This document shows positions 46,547 to 59,141 of a DNA stretch of 64,000 bases, piece by piece. The notes beneath the pieces were generated by a model, which ran no database searches, was not told the DNA's origin, and worked only from the letters and a program-made list of their open reading frames with translations. Position 1 is the stretch's first letter, and every line of letters begins with the position of its first letter. The position numbers and the translations under genes were made by a program. Origin of the DNA: Azolla caroliniana (lineage: Eukaryota > Plantae > Polypodiophyta); NCBI GenBank assembly GCA_043228905.1, contig JBHGNT010000013.1:18228001-18292000 (forward strand). Direction: 5' to 3'.

Positions 46547-49500
46547 TGTAAAGAATCGGATGTGATTCTTGTGTTGCGGAAGAGATGTGTGTTATGTGTA
46601 TGTGTGAGAGGAATTAGAGAAGAGAATAGAAACACAAGATAGATAAACTAGAGAAATGACCGACTTAGTATGAAGTATGAGGAGGGTGCTTTATATAGAG
46701 TCACCCTCTCTCTTCATTAACTTTACAACAACCACTCTCTCTCTTGGGGAATGTGAAGACTCATAGTCATAGGGAATATGTAACTCATTAGTTATGTGTC
46801 ATAGAATATGTTTCTATGACACATAGTTAATGTGTAGAGAGTAGTGGTGTGACTCTTGACCTTTGAGTAATCATAGATTCTCAAAAGGTGTGTTCACACG
46901 TTGTGCTATGTTGAGCTTGATTCTCAACACGCCCCCTCAAGCTCAACTCGGGTCGGTTCCTTTCGATGGATGTCCGCTTCGGCTTGTATCCGGTTCGGAT
47001 GATCTCCGATGTCTGCTTCGGCTTGTACCCGGTTCAGACGATATCTTGTTCTTGCTTGTACTCCCCCTGAAGCTTGGCAAGTCAGGGATCGTCAATCCAA
47101 GGTTTAACATGAATTGCCGAAGCTTGTCGGTTCCTAACTCTTTGGTGAAGATGTCGGTCGTCTGAAGATTCGTATTGATGTGTTGAAGGTCGACATCTCC
47201 GGCCTGTCTGCGCTCTTGAATGAAGTGATAGTGCACTTTGATATGCTTTGTTCATGCGTGGAACACCGGGTTCCGAGCCAAATATATACTGTTCATGTTG
47301 TCGCAGTAAAGGGGAGTCAGATCCTTGATGGGAACGCCCAGATCCTTCAAAATCCTCTTGAGCCATACGACTTCACATGCAGCTATGGCTACGCCTATGT
47401 ATTCCGCCTCCGTACTCGAAAGAGCCACGGTAGGCTGCTTCTTGCTACTCCATGAAATCACTCCACTGCCGAGGGAGAAGACAAATCCGGAGGTTGGTCG
47501 TCGATCGGCTTTGTAGCCAACCTAATCCGCGTCTGTGTACCCTTCGAGTCGTATTGGTGTGGCCGATACGTAGAGAACGCCATAATCCATTGTGCCGCTC
47601 ACGTAGCGCAATCCAAGTGAGTATCACGCGGTGTTTGCATGAATTGGCTAAGGAGACCGATCGGATAACTGAGATCGGGTCGTGTGATCGTGAGGTAGAT
47701 GAGACTCCCGATAAGTTGCCGATACTTGGTCGGCTCACACGCTTTGGTGCCGGAGTTCACATCGAGTTTGAGATTGCGATCAAGCGGGGTTGCCGCGGAT
47801 TTGCACTCAGTCATCCCGAACTTGTATAACAAGTTGAGGATGTAGTGTCATTGAGAGATCAAGATTCCGGCCGGAGTCCGAATTACCTCGATGCCTAGGA
47901 AGTAGTGGAGCTCCTTCATGTCTGTCATCTCGAACTTGTCGGAAAGGAGGGATTTGACCTTATTGATTTCGACGAGATGCTCGCCTCCAATGACTAGGTC
48001 ATCCAAATATAAAATGATGACGATCGAACTTGCGGAATCGCTTCGTATGTAGAGGGAGTTGTCCAATTTTGACATACGAAAGTCGATTTGATGAAGATAT
48101 TGCGTTATCTTCGAATGCCAAGCACGCGGTGCTTGCTTGAGGCCGTAGAGTGGCTTCTTGAGTCGGCATATAGCTTTCGGATGGTTGCTCGAGTTGAAGC
48201 CGAGTGTTTGTACCATGTACACCTCCTCGTCTAATTCGCCTTGAAGAAAGGCGTTCTTGATGTCCATTTGATGGAGGTGCCACCCTTTTGCCGCTGCAAG
48301 TGCGATCATGGTCCGCACCGTCGTCATCTTTGCCACCGGGGAAAAGGTCTGAGCGTATCCTTTGGCTATGAATCGAGCTTTGTAGCGGTTTACGGAGCCA
48401 TCTGCATTATACTTCACCTTGTAGATCCATCTGGAACCAATTGCCTTCTTGTGCGGTGAGTGGGGAACGAGATCCCATGTCTCGTTCTTGCGTAATGCAC
48501 GCATCTCTTCGTTCATTGCTTCGATCCATCGCAGGTCCTTCACAGCTTCGGAAAAGGTTTCCGGCTCTCGTACTGTTGCTACCTTCATCATAAAGGCATA
48601 ATGGTATGCCATATAATCGTTGTAGCCGAATTAGATTACGGGGTTCTTTTCACAGGTGGATCGGCGGAGCTTCTCGTTTGCGGATACTACGACGTTCTCC
48701 GCTCCATTTCTTCGGATCTCAAGGCCTTCGAACTCACTATCGAGGGAGTGAGTAGATTCGTTGCTGTTGAAGTGATCGTCTTCATACTCCGGTATTTTCG
48801 CCTTCCCTTTGTCCATCTTTGAACTCGGCCGAGATGTGCTTTGATCGCTTGGGGGCTCTTGTGGCCCACTAAGCCTTGTCGTAATTGCGCTTTCTTCGAA
48901 CATGCGTGTGAGTTGATCTTCGGCTTCTATCTTTATTTCGGCGAAATCCATGTCGAGCGGAATCGAAGTCGAAGTTGTCTCTGGTGCGTACCAAGATGCG
49001 GACTCGTCGAAAACGACGTCTCGACTTATGCGAGATTTTCGAGTTGAGGGGTTGTAGCACTTGTACCCCTTCTGCTCCAGTGAGTATCCTACGAGGATAC
49101 ATTTCTCCGACTTCGGGTCGAGCTTTTGATGCTTCCCGTTGGGGATGTGCACATACGCAATGGAGCCGTATATCTGAACATATGATAGGTCTGGCTTCTT
49201 TTCGAAGAACTTTTCGTGCGGAGTAAGTTCGTGAACACCCGATGTTGTACACCGATTCATGAGATATACGGCCATGTTAGCCGCTTCTGGCCAGTACGAC
49301 TTCGGCACGTGCTTTTCGTTCATCATGGCCCGTACCACTTCGAGGATGTGCTGATTCTTGCGTTCGGCCACACCATTTTGTTGCGGCGTATGTCGACACG
49401 AAAACTCTCGCTCTGTTCCTTCTTTCCATAGAAACGCCGAAAATTCGTCGGAGAAGTATTCCTTGCCTCCATCCAATCGAAGACATCGTACATGTTAGCC

Positions 49501-51866
49501 CGTGGCTTTCTCGTTCATTCATGAATATTTGGAAGTGTTCGAACACTTCGCTCTTTTGCTGCATCGGGTAGATCCAAGTGTGCTTAGAGAAGTCGTCGAT
49601 GAAGGTCACATAGTATCGGCTTCCGCCAAATGTCATTGTCAGAACCGGACCCCATTCATCGGAATGAATTACGTCGAGTACGCTTTTGCTCACATTCCGC
49701 TGCTTCGGAAATGGGTGCCGATGTTGCTTGCCGAATTGGCAAGCGGCACACACGCCTTCAATCTCTTTCTCCGTGAATGTCGGGAGCCCGATGACGACTC
49801 CTTTCGATTGCATTGCCTTGAGCTTTTGGAGATTTATATGGCCAATCCTCTTGTGCCATAACTCTATGTCGGAATCGGCTTTCACGCCCTTCACGAACGT
49901 GGTCGATTTCATCTCGTGTGAGTCGAGAATGAACATTCGTCCCTCTCTTCGTCCGCGAGCGATGAGTCACCCTCTTTTTCGATGAAGCAACCGCCTTGAT
50001 TAAATCGTACTTGCATTCCTTGCTATTCAATTTGGCTGACGGAGACCAAATTCTTCGTGATAGTTGGTACATGCAAGACATTTTTAATATAAGTTTGCTT
50101 ACCTTCTTCTCCGAACGGAACATTGCCGATGTGCTGAATCGTGTGCGTAGTGTCGTCTCCGGTTTCGACATAGCCGGGTCGGTCCGGCTCTCGAAGTTCT
50201 CGGAACCATTCTTGATGCGACGTCATATGGTTCGAGGCACCGGAATCGACGAACCATACGTCTTCCGAACCAGAGGCAGTAGTTGAAGTAGAGGTCGGCA
50301 TAGAATTCGCTCTATGTTTCATCATGAACATTCCGACGCAATCATCATAATCGGAGTTGATGGCGTAGTTGGTGAGTTGTTGGCTAGTGGAAGCCAACTT
50401 GCGTATCTTCTTACGACATTCTTCTTCGTGGTGACCGATTTTTCCATAATATCCGCATTCGATCAAGCTTTGTCAGTTCGGACCGGAATGGAAGCTCCCC
50501 CTTCTTCCGAAGGTTCCTGGATGGCTTCCGTCTTGATGCCGAAATTGCGAGTTGTTTTCGTAAATCGGGCCTTGTCCGCCTCGTCCGCCACGTCCTTGGC
50601 CGAATCGGCCTCTTCTTGCATGGTCGCGTCCTCTTCCTCCGTCTGAATGCGTGTAAAGGATTTGGCCTTCCGAGGCGTTGTTCCTTGTTCAAGCATGATT
50701 CTCTTCAACCAACAACATGGATTGAAGATCGAAGGAGGGCAAATGCTCCCATGCTAGTACGACGGTTCGCATCGCGCCGAATCGTGGTGCAAGGCCGCCG
50801 AGGCATATTTGCAACATCTCATCATTGTCCACATTGATGTTTATCGAGTCGAGCGAGTCGCAAAGTTCCTCAATCTTCAAGGTGTAGTTTGTAATGGACA
50901 TATCCTGTTCTTGAATGTTATTCAACTCATGGCGGAGTTGAAGCTTTCTCGCAATCGTATTGGCGGCGAAAATCTTTCGTAGATTCTCCCACGCTTCCTT
51001 CGGCGTGTCGGCTTCTCGAATGTAGCCGAGCATGTGGTCGTGAACACATGTCGCCAAGCAATATATCACTCGGCTTGCTGCTTGGGTCGGCGTCTTCCGG
51101 CTTGGGTCGGTTTTCTTTTGCTCCCTTGATGTAACCCCAATAGCCTTGGCCGACAAGGTATTGGTGCATCTTGTACTCCCAAGATGTGAAGTTTTGTCGG
51201 TCCAACTTCTCGCTAGGGAGAGTGCTCCCCATTTGAGTATTCATTGTCGATTAAACTTCCTTTCTTCTTTTCCTTCTCTCTCGAACACGAGCTATGTAGT
51301 GGTACTATGATAGCGATGAGCCGGTTCTTCTTGAACGTCCGCGTAGAGTTCAACACATGATCACGATGAGGCGAGTGGGCTAGATCGAGCTACCAAATCG
51401 CTTTGATACCATGTAAAGAATCGGATATGATTCTTGTGTAGCGGAAGAGATGTGTGTTATGTGTATGTGTGAGAGGAATTAGAGAAGAGAATAGAAACAC
51501 AAGATAGATAAACTAGAGAAATGAAATACTCAAGAAGAAGATGTATATTCACAAGTAGAATGAGAAATGAAAATGTAGCATTACAAGGAGTCACAACTGA
51601 CTTAGTATGAAGTATGAGGAGGGTGCTTTATATAGAGGCACCCTCTCTCTTCATTAACTTTACAACAACCACTCTCTCTCTTGGGGAATGTGAAGACTCA
51701 TAGTCATGGGGAATATGTAACTCATTAGTTATGTGTAATAGAAAATGATTCTATGACACATAGTTAATGTGTAGAGAGTAGTGGTGTGACATTTGACCTT
51801 TGAGTAATCATAGATTCTCAAAAGGTGTGTTCACAAGTTGTGCTATGTTGAGCTTGATTCTCAACG
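46547..51866 (-). mobile_element. Full-length degenerate Ty1/Copia element D
   Basis: LTRs 46547-46929 and 51412-51866, TSD CCAAT (46542-46546 and 51867-51871), PBS tggtatcaaagc 51400-51411, PPT ttgagggggcg. gag, PR (WFVDSGASNHM), INT, RT and RH fragments at 46943-51244. Confidence 0.95.
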
Positions 51867-51871
51867 CCAAT

Positions 51872-52500
51872 AATGAAAATCCACAAGCCATCATATGCAT
51901 AGATAAGTCCAATATTCCAGCTCCCCCAAGCGCTTAGGGGTTGCTAGATGATTTCACACAACCCATGTGATTCTCATCTTAACCCTATTCGTCCACAACA
52001 AATATTGTAGAGGTTGCAAAATAGAATGCAAACCATTCTTTCTTCATGAAAACATTGTTAAGTAATATAATACCATCGGTTCCATAATACATTGTACCAC
52101 CTTCAAGAGTAGGTGAATTGGCCAAGATTGTGACTTCCAGTACATGAACCTCCCTCTCTCTCTCTCCCTCTCTACTAAACGAGAAAACCATACACATTGA
52201 TACATCTTAGAGTCCATCCCATTATGCCATTTGAACTATTTCGTCCATGCGACATAGCTTTCATGCATTGCGATGTACGATGGGGCATCCAAGCACAAGT
52301 AATGAGAGTGGTCAACTATGCATAGTTTGCACTTAAAAAGTTCGAGAGTCTAAGTATCAATCACACTTTGATACAATGCCTTGCTTTTGATCATATTTGA
52401 CTATGCTTTCCACACATCTTCTACAAAATCCAGTCCTTGCACAAATTTCTCTCACAACCACAATGAGCACTCTCAATTGCAACATTTATTGGTAAATTTC
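51872..52500 (-). mobile_element. Degenerate L1-type LINE remnant, probably continuing left of 46546
   Basis: Minus strand at 51880-51985 reads MRITWVV*NHLATPKRLGGAGILDL, matching the LINE at 61495-62324. Boundaries approximate. Confidence 0.6.
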
Positions 52501-52591
52501 TTGAACATCGAGAATTGCAAATCACTTTTACATGTATTACGTGAAATGTAATTTTTTTTGTCTCATATTTTATATTTGACCTCTCGAAGAG

Positions 52592-52631
<40 letters not shown>

Positions 52632-53183
52632 ACTTACTTACACTTAAAACAATCCTATGGATCCTCGATTGGATGTGGAGGACTCACTTGGCCGATCTGT
52701 TGGTCTCGTTTAACCTTGAGGACGGCTTGAGTTCCAAGAATTTCAAAAATGTTGTAAAAGCCTAAAAGTTCTTACATCCATAGAACCTAAAAGAATTTCA
52801 ACACAGGGGACAACTTGTGTATGTACGTGTATGTGTGTACGTGTATTGTGATGACAAGTCATATTGACATAAGGTATACGCACATTTAGGGACATGCACA
52901 TACACTCCCTCCCCTGCCACCATCACTACTACTAAGATGGGGGGAATATTCTCCTCTCGTCGAAACAGCAAGGACACAGAAGTGGGTGACAATGCAGAAT
53001 TTTGACAGCTCCCATTTTCGACATCTCAAAGTCGCTTTGGACATGGGAGGGGGTTTCTGATTTTAAAGCAAGTCCTACATTGATAAAAACAGGGATTGGG
53101 TGTTAAATATTAAGTACTAACTAACTAATATACAGCAGCAGCTTCATTAGTTAGTATTTGGTCCAAAAGCAAAAGAATTAAAC

Positions 53184-54818
53184 ATGAAGTGGTATTGCTG
53201 TCTAAGAGGCAAACCTGAAGAATCAGAACCGGCAGATCAAGATACAAGGGAAGGATCAACAGACCCAAAACCGGTAGATCAATATACAAGAGAACGATCA
53301 GCAGACCCAAAAACGGCAGATCAACATACAAAGGAAGGATCAACAGCCCCAAAACCGGCAGATCAATATACAAAGAAAGGATCGACAGACCAATATACAC
53401 GTAGGGAACAATTGAAGATTATATACAACAAACACTTCCGATCAGCAGATCTGTATAGGACCGTTCGCATCCTGGTAGTGGGACGTTCGGGCTGTGGCAA
53501 GACCACCCTCATCCGCTTGATCGTTGGCAAGGAGGGGCCCTGCAATCAAGCTGTGGCCGACATCGACAAAGAATGGCGGTGCCTGCAGGACGAGGGCCTC
53601 CCAGAGCTTGTCATCCATGACAGCAATGGCATGGACGTGCGTGGTGAAGAGAATCTCCAAACCGTGAAACAGTTCATGGAGGAGCGGCAGAAGAGAAATG
53701 AGGAGTCGGAACGGATCAACCTCATATGGTATGTGTTCAGCGCAGCCGACAACAGATTCGCGGATGATTGCAATCTCATGGGGATCGTCGCGGACAGCGC
53801 CATTCCAGTGCTTCTCATCATGACATACAACGATATCCCTCAATTGGTGGAGCAACACGTTACGGATGACAATGTGAATCGGCTTCTAAAAGACATCAGG
53901 AATGAGAGGAAGAGGGACAAAATCAAGGCTCAAATGGTGAGGATCGGCAACAGAGTAAAATTGAACAAAAACACAAATGAAATCACTGGTCTCCAAGACA
54001 AGCAAGGGCTGAAGGAGATCTCGAAGAAGTCGATGAAGCTTCTGGACGACAAATTGAAGTACACATGGATTGTAGCACAGGTAGTGGATCTAGAGGCGAA
54101 GATGGATGCGAGCATCACACTGATCCTGGAGTCTGCCAAGTCTGCACTACACATCCCAAACCTTCTGGAGGATGATCAGGAGCTGGAACCCATACTGTAC
54201 ATCATACATAGCAATGTATGTAGCATTTGGAGGGTGCCTGAATACCTTAGCTCCTGTCTCTTTTATGAACTGCTACTTGTCGAACGCAATCACGGAATCA
54301 AGGTGACACAGACAGAGAACACGGCCTTCCTGATTCACATGCTGGGAATCCTCATTACAGCCGGGGTAAATCACGATCTCACAAAAAGGCTAAGCCCTGA
54401 AGATGAAAAGAAGGCACACAAGGCAAGCAAGGTAGTGATTACCTACGAGTTACGGCTCCTGTTGGCCATCCTCTTCATCAAGTCCAGGCAAACGAGAGAG
54501 AATCGAAATCTCAACAGCTGGGACACCTCGGCGACTTGGGAACATTACCGAGACTTGTGTGCCGAGTTTATGGATCGGTCCGAGGACCACATGCCCGAGT
54601 CGGGATTGAACCTGATTAATGTGTTTCGGAAATGGACGACCTCACCCGAGACAATAGCGGACCTCATCAGTGACTTCGCAGTCGAGAACTACGAGCTCTA
54701 CCTTATGGACAGACCCTCTAGTCTGAAGTCTCTTCTGGGAATGTCTCATGAGACGAATCCGAGACTACATGAAGAAGTTGATGAAGAGGTATGCCCACCT
54801 ATATATATATATATTTAA
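53184..54818 (+). CDS. TRAFAC-class P-loop GTPase (G-domain/MMR_HSR1-like) with N-terminal 14-aa repeats and a helical C-terminal domain, copy A
   Basis: 544-aa ORF with G1 RILVVGRSGCGKTT, G3 HDSNG, INLIWYVFS strand, G4-position IMTYND. A possible donor GAG|GTATGC at 54789 suggests a further exon. Confidence 0.85.
   Translation: MKWYCCLRGKPEESEPADQDTREGSTDPKPVDQYTRERSADPKTADQHTKEGSTAPKPADQYTKKGSTDQYTRREQLKIIYNKHFRSADLYRTVRILVVGRSGCGKTTLIRLIVGKEGPCNQAVADIDKEWRCLQDEGLPELVIHDSNGMDVRGEENLQTVKQFMEERQKRNEESERINLIWYVFSAADNRFADDCNLMGIVADSAIPVLLIMTYNDIPQLVEQHVTDDNVNRLLKDIRNERKRDKIKAQMVRIGNRVKLNKNTNEITGLQDKQGLKEISKKSMKLLDDKLKYTWIVAQVVDLEAKMDASITLILESAKSALHIPNLLEDDQELEPILYIIHSNVCSIWRVPEYLSSCLFYELLLVERNHGIKVTQTENTAFLIHMLGILITAGVNHDLTKRLSPEDEKKAHKASKVVITYELRLLLAILFIKSRQTRENRNLNSWDTSATWEHYRDLCAEFMDRSEDHMPESGLNLINVFRKWTTSPETIADLISDFAVENYELYLMDRPSSLKSLLGMSHETNPRLHEEVDEEVCPPIYIYI
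53229..53400 (+). repeat. 42-bp coding repeat (PADQDTREGSTDPK, ~4 copies), also at 59187-59358
   Basis: Direct reading of DNA and translation. Confidence 0.9.
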
Positions 54819-56739
54819 CTTTCAAATCAATGTCTCCTTGTACATCTAAGTTTGTCTCATAAATATTCATCACTATGATATATATATATATATATACATA
54901 TGTATATCATGTATGCCAAAGTTGTATGCCTGTTGTTTTCCTTGTTCAAGCACACTTATTGGTCGACTCCAAATGTTTCATTTGTAACAACCAATTATGC
55001 AAGTTTATTTGACTAAGAAATACATAGAAACATGATGAAAACAAAATTTGACTCCCTAGATTCGGTGAATTTGTCTACCCAATGACACTTACTTTCTTAA
55101 CCTTACTTATAATAATTTACATCATGACTACTAAATCTTCTGTCTTGTAAATTAGGGTGCCCGTCACACCAAAGGAAAGAATGTACTCATCGAACAACAT
55201 ATTGAACCGAAGACAAGAATATTGTTTGATCATATGTGTAAGTTATTGTGCTTAATATTGGTTGTATTTCTATAAAGTGCTTACACACATTTGCCTATTT
55301 GTTTTATTTCTCAACATCCAAATTTAATCCAGCCCATAACATATAAATAGATTCCTACTCGGTTATTTGTGGAAAGTATAATTTGGATTAATCTACATGT
55401 GCTAACCTAATTTGTGCAAATAGCAACCTTATATAAGCTTCTACGTAAAATAAATATATCATTCACATGATACTTGTTTTTTATTTATGTTGTAGTGACT
55501 AATAAATGGATTCTACCGAATCAAAAGATGGATGACCACAAACTAAGAGATCTTAAAATATCGTCTCAAGCTATCAAAACCTATCAAGGCATTACGTTCA
55601 CTTATCTTTACCACAATATTTTGAACCAATGGAAAGCATATTCTCCTCGGCTTTCTCAGAGCATAGATTATATATTGCTCCCCTAATATTAAACATATTT
55701 TTGCCAAACATTGTTCAGCTTTATATGTTTGAATTGTTACTTTGCATTGTTGATTTTATGTAATGATTTTACAACCCCATTATTGAAAACCTATATATTA
55801 TAATAAGAATTTAGAATGAAAGCAAAGGGTGATAAATTCAATTAACAAGATCCCGAGTGCTTGGTACTGATGGAAAGATACCATGCACGGGGATGGTCTG
55901 GATGCCCTCAAACCATTCTGCCTCAATGCTTATATTTGGTTAACACATTAGCCACCATTGTTCGTCTTGTTCTTGCTCTTACAAACCCATTCAAAACTAT
56001 TTCTTGTCTTCTATTGATGGGAACATAATGTTCTTTGGTATTAATATTTTATTGTGGATGTTTGGACTCAGTCTCCTTTTCCCAACAATAGACTTGATGT
56101 ATTATGTAAATCATTTACTCTTTTATCATCATTGATATTTATTGTGGATCTTTGGGCTTGGTCTCCTTTTCCCTACAATACACTTTATGTATTATATCCT
56201 TGTTCTTATGCTATTTACAACTTCTTGCATAAACCGTCTCAAGTTTAAATCATATTGTAACATTATGGTGAAAGTTTATGACTTCAAATCTTGTAGTAAC
56301 ATTCGCACTTAAAGGTCTCCAATTTGAATCATACTCTAGACTATGTTGCATTGCTCCTTACCCTAATGTTTCGTAACACTATAGTTTAATGAAATTATTC
56401 TTGTCGAATCGTGTGCTTCATTCATCTCTTGATCCAAAACTAGCCACTTGAGCTTGAACACCCAAACGCAACAATTATCTAAGGCACATCCACACCAACA
56501 TTACAAAAATATATCTTTTAGTTGTGTTTCAATTTAACACATTTCTATAATATAACTTGCAAATTTGTTCCATATAAAGTGGCAATGGTTTAATAAGGAT
56601 TACATATCCTTCAATCTTGGTAAATGATCTAGAAATAGCCAAAGTTATATCTTTGGAGGTTATGTAGACACTCATTTCGACATATGTTACATAACTCTAT
56701 GGAAACATAGGAGAACAACATTGTGAACAATAAGCTCTT

Positions 56740-57100
56740 CGAATATACTTCTTGTGCTTTTTCCAACTTGCCACACTTTGCATACAAGTCAAACAATGCA
56801 ATTCCAAGAACAATATTCTTTTCCAATAATCCTCTCTTCTGAACTTCCAGATGTATCTCTTTCTCCATCTCGAGGCCTTTCAGGTTTCCACAAGCTTTCA
56901 AGCTGGAAACAAAACTTATTGCATTAGGAACTATTCACTCATCACACATTTGCTTGAAACATTTCACGCCTGCATCCCCAAATCCATGTTGGGCATATCT
57001 AGCAATCAAGGAAGTCCAAGCCACAACATTTCGCACCGAAAGCTCTTCGAACACTTCTTATGCCTTCTCAAGCATTCCAGACTTGCAATACATTTTGAAA
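56740..57100 (-). pseudogene. PLS-class PPR gene fragment
   Basis: KACGNLKGLEMEKEIH...LGIALFDLYAKCGKLEKAQEV, with an upstream degenerate motif (ALIARYAQHGFG-like). Flanking 57128-57441 is duplicated at 55251-55597. Confidence 0.75.
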
Positions 57101-58116
57101 GACAAGACTACCGTTTAAGTTATTTTCTTAATATTGGTTTTATTTCTATAATGTGCTTACACACATTTGCCTATTTGTTTCATTGCTCAACATCCAAATT
57201 TTATCTTCCCCATTACATATAAATAGTTTCCTATTTGGTTAATTGTGGAAACTAAAATTTGGATTAATCTACATACTAAGCTTCTACATCAAATATGTAG
57301 TTCACATTATAGTTGTTTTTTATTTATGTTGTAGTGAATAATAAATGGGTCCTGACTCCTACCAAATCAAAAAATGGATGACCGCAAACTAAGAGATTAA
57401 AATATAGTCTGAACCTGTTGAAACCTATCAAGGCATTACGTCTGGCCTCTATCTGCATGTGGTGATGTGTAAGGAATTGAGATTGAGTAGCAGAAAATTA
57501 AACTAGGAAGATGTTTTGTAGAGATGAATAGATAACCTTTACTTGTTCACCACAAGACAAATGAAGCTTCTCGTCTAGTTGATCAATTTACAAAAACTTT
57601 CATTCATGTATTATAAAGAAATAACTTACCTTGTTCAACTTATCAATGGACCAATGTTTAGGGAATGTTTAGGGAACAAGTTCTTCTGGATAGCTATAGT
57701 ACCTAGTTAATAAGTTGGAGTAATATGTATACGCCTAGGTATTGGACTTGGGAGCTTGTAAAGTGTCCCCATTATCGTGATGAACCTTGCAAGTTGTTCA
57801 ACTCATCAATCATCACAAAAGCATTGTTGATCTACAGTTGCGATCGATCTACAAAATTGAGTCATGAACAATAAAAATTAGTGGAGCCTATTTACACTTC
57901 GTCTTCCTCTCAAAAGGCAATGATTAATGGCACTGCTGGAAAGTAAATCTCCTTCTCCATGTTAACATATCCATGGCACGACTCGAGTAATGCTTTTGGA
58001 GTACGGATATCTTGATGATTTTTGAAAGGGGGAAACCATTTGCCAGAATGAAAGTATGTAAGAAAGCAATCAGATAGATTAGAGAGTTCACAGAAAATCT
58101 TAATAATACAATTATC

Positions 58117-59031
58117 ATGTTCGATTTGATCTGTTCTTGCTTTGATTGTACTGGCGAAAGGAAGAAATCGGGAGATCAATGTTGGACAACCCCTCCTCAC
58201 AATGGTCAGAATTCCTCGGGGGATCATCGCCCAGCCCCGTCCGTTCACCATTATGAGAAGAGCCATCCAGGCACGAAGCAAATGACATCGGATTTGGCTA
58301 ATACACTCATTAGCAATTCTGCACAGGCATCTTCATCGAAGACGGTGGAGTATAGCCATTACTTATATGACACAGTGCGAATCCTGGTGGTCGGGCGGTC
58401 GGGTGCTGGCAAGACCACCCTCATCCGGCTCCTGGTCGGCAAAGGCGGCCCCCAAAAGCTCGGCGCCGACGCAGTGGCCGGCACTCAGAACATTGAGGAA
58501 GAATGGGGAGTCCTCAAGACAGAGGGCCTTCCGCAGCTCGTCTTCCATGACAGCAATGGGATGAGTGTACGTGGCAGCAAGAGCCTCACGGAAGTGAAGA
58601 ATTTCATCGATTCACGGAACGATTCGAGCCACTTACCAGATAGAATCCATCTGATCTGGTACATCATCAGCGCAGCCGATAACAGATTCGCAGACGATGG
58701 TGACCTTATGCGTGTGGTGCGGGAGAGCAACATCCCCATGCTGCTCATCATGACCTACAATGATATCCCCGAGGAAGCCCGCAAGCAACATGTCAGTGAC
58801 GACAATCTAGACTTGCTTCTCAAATCGGTCGCGGACGAGAAGGAGAAGTCGAAGATCAAACGACAGATGGTGCGGATCGGTAACAAAGTGAAGATCGATA
58901 AAGATACATGTGAAATAATTGGAGAACCAGACACCCAAGGGCTACGGAACGTGTCGAGGCAGACCGAGATGCTTCTGCACAAGACCGCCAAGTTCACATG
59001 GATCGCGGCGCAAACTGTGGACATAAAGTAA
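58117..59031 (+). CDS. Divergent GTPase paralog B, G domain only (probably 3'-truncated)
   Basis: 304-aa ORF with GRSGAGKTT, HDSNG, IHLIWYIIS, IMTYND. Ends at WIAAQTVDIK where copy A continues for ~240 aa. Confidence 0.75.
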   Translation: MFDLICSCFDCTGERKKSGDQCWTTPPHNGQNSSGDHRPAPSVHHYEKSHPGTKQMTSDLANTLISNSAQASSSKTVEYSHYLYDTVRILVVGRSGAGKTTLIRLLVGKGGPQKLGADAVAGTQNIEEEWGVLKTEGLPQLVFHDSNGMSVRGSKSLTEVKNFIDSRNDSSHLPDRIHLIWYIISAADNRFADDGDLMRVVRESNIPMLLIMTYNDIPEEARKQHVSDDNLDLLLKSVADEKEKSKIKRQMVRIGNKVKIDKDTCEIIGEPDTQGLRNVSRQTEMLLHKTAKFTWIAAQTVDIK

Positions 59032-59141
59032 GTCCTACATTGCCAAAAACAGGGATTGGTGTTAAATATTAAGTACTAACTAATAACATACAGCAGCAGC
59101 TTCATTAGTTAGTATTTGGTCCAAAAGCAAAAGAATTAAAC

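Noticed and set aside
51985-52197. CACTA transposase (DUF4216-like) fragment
   Set aside because: Weak resemblance only. Adjacent sequence matches the L1 LINE and no CACTA termini are seen.
53125-53400. Hydrophobic antisense ORF (LYIDLPVLGLLILP repeats, also 59080-59358)
   Set aside because: Reverse-strand shadow of the 42-bp coding repeat.
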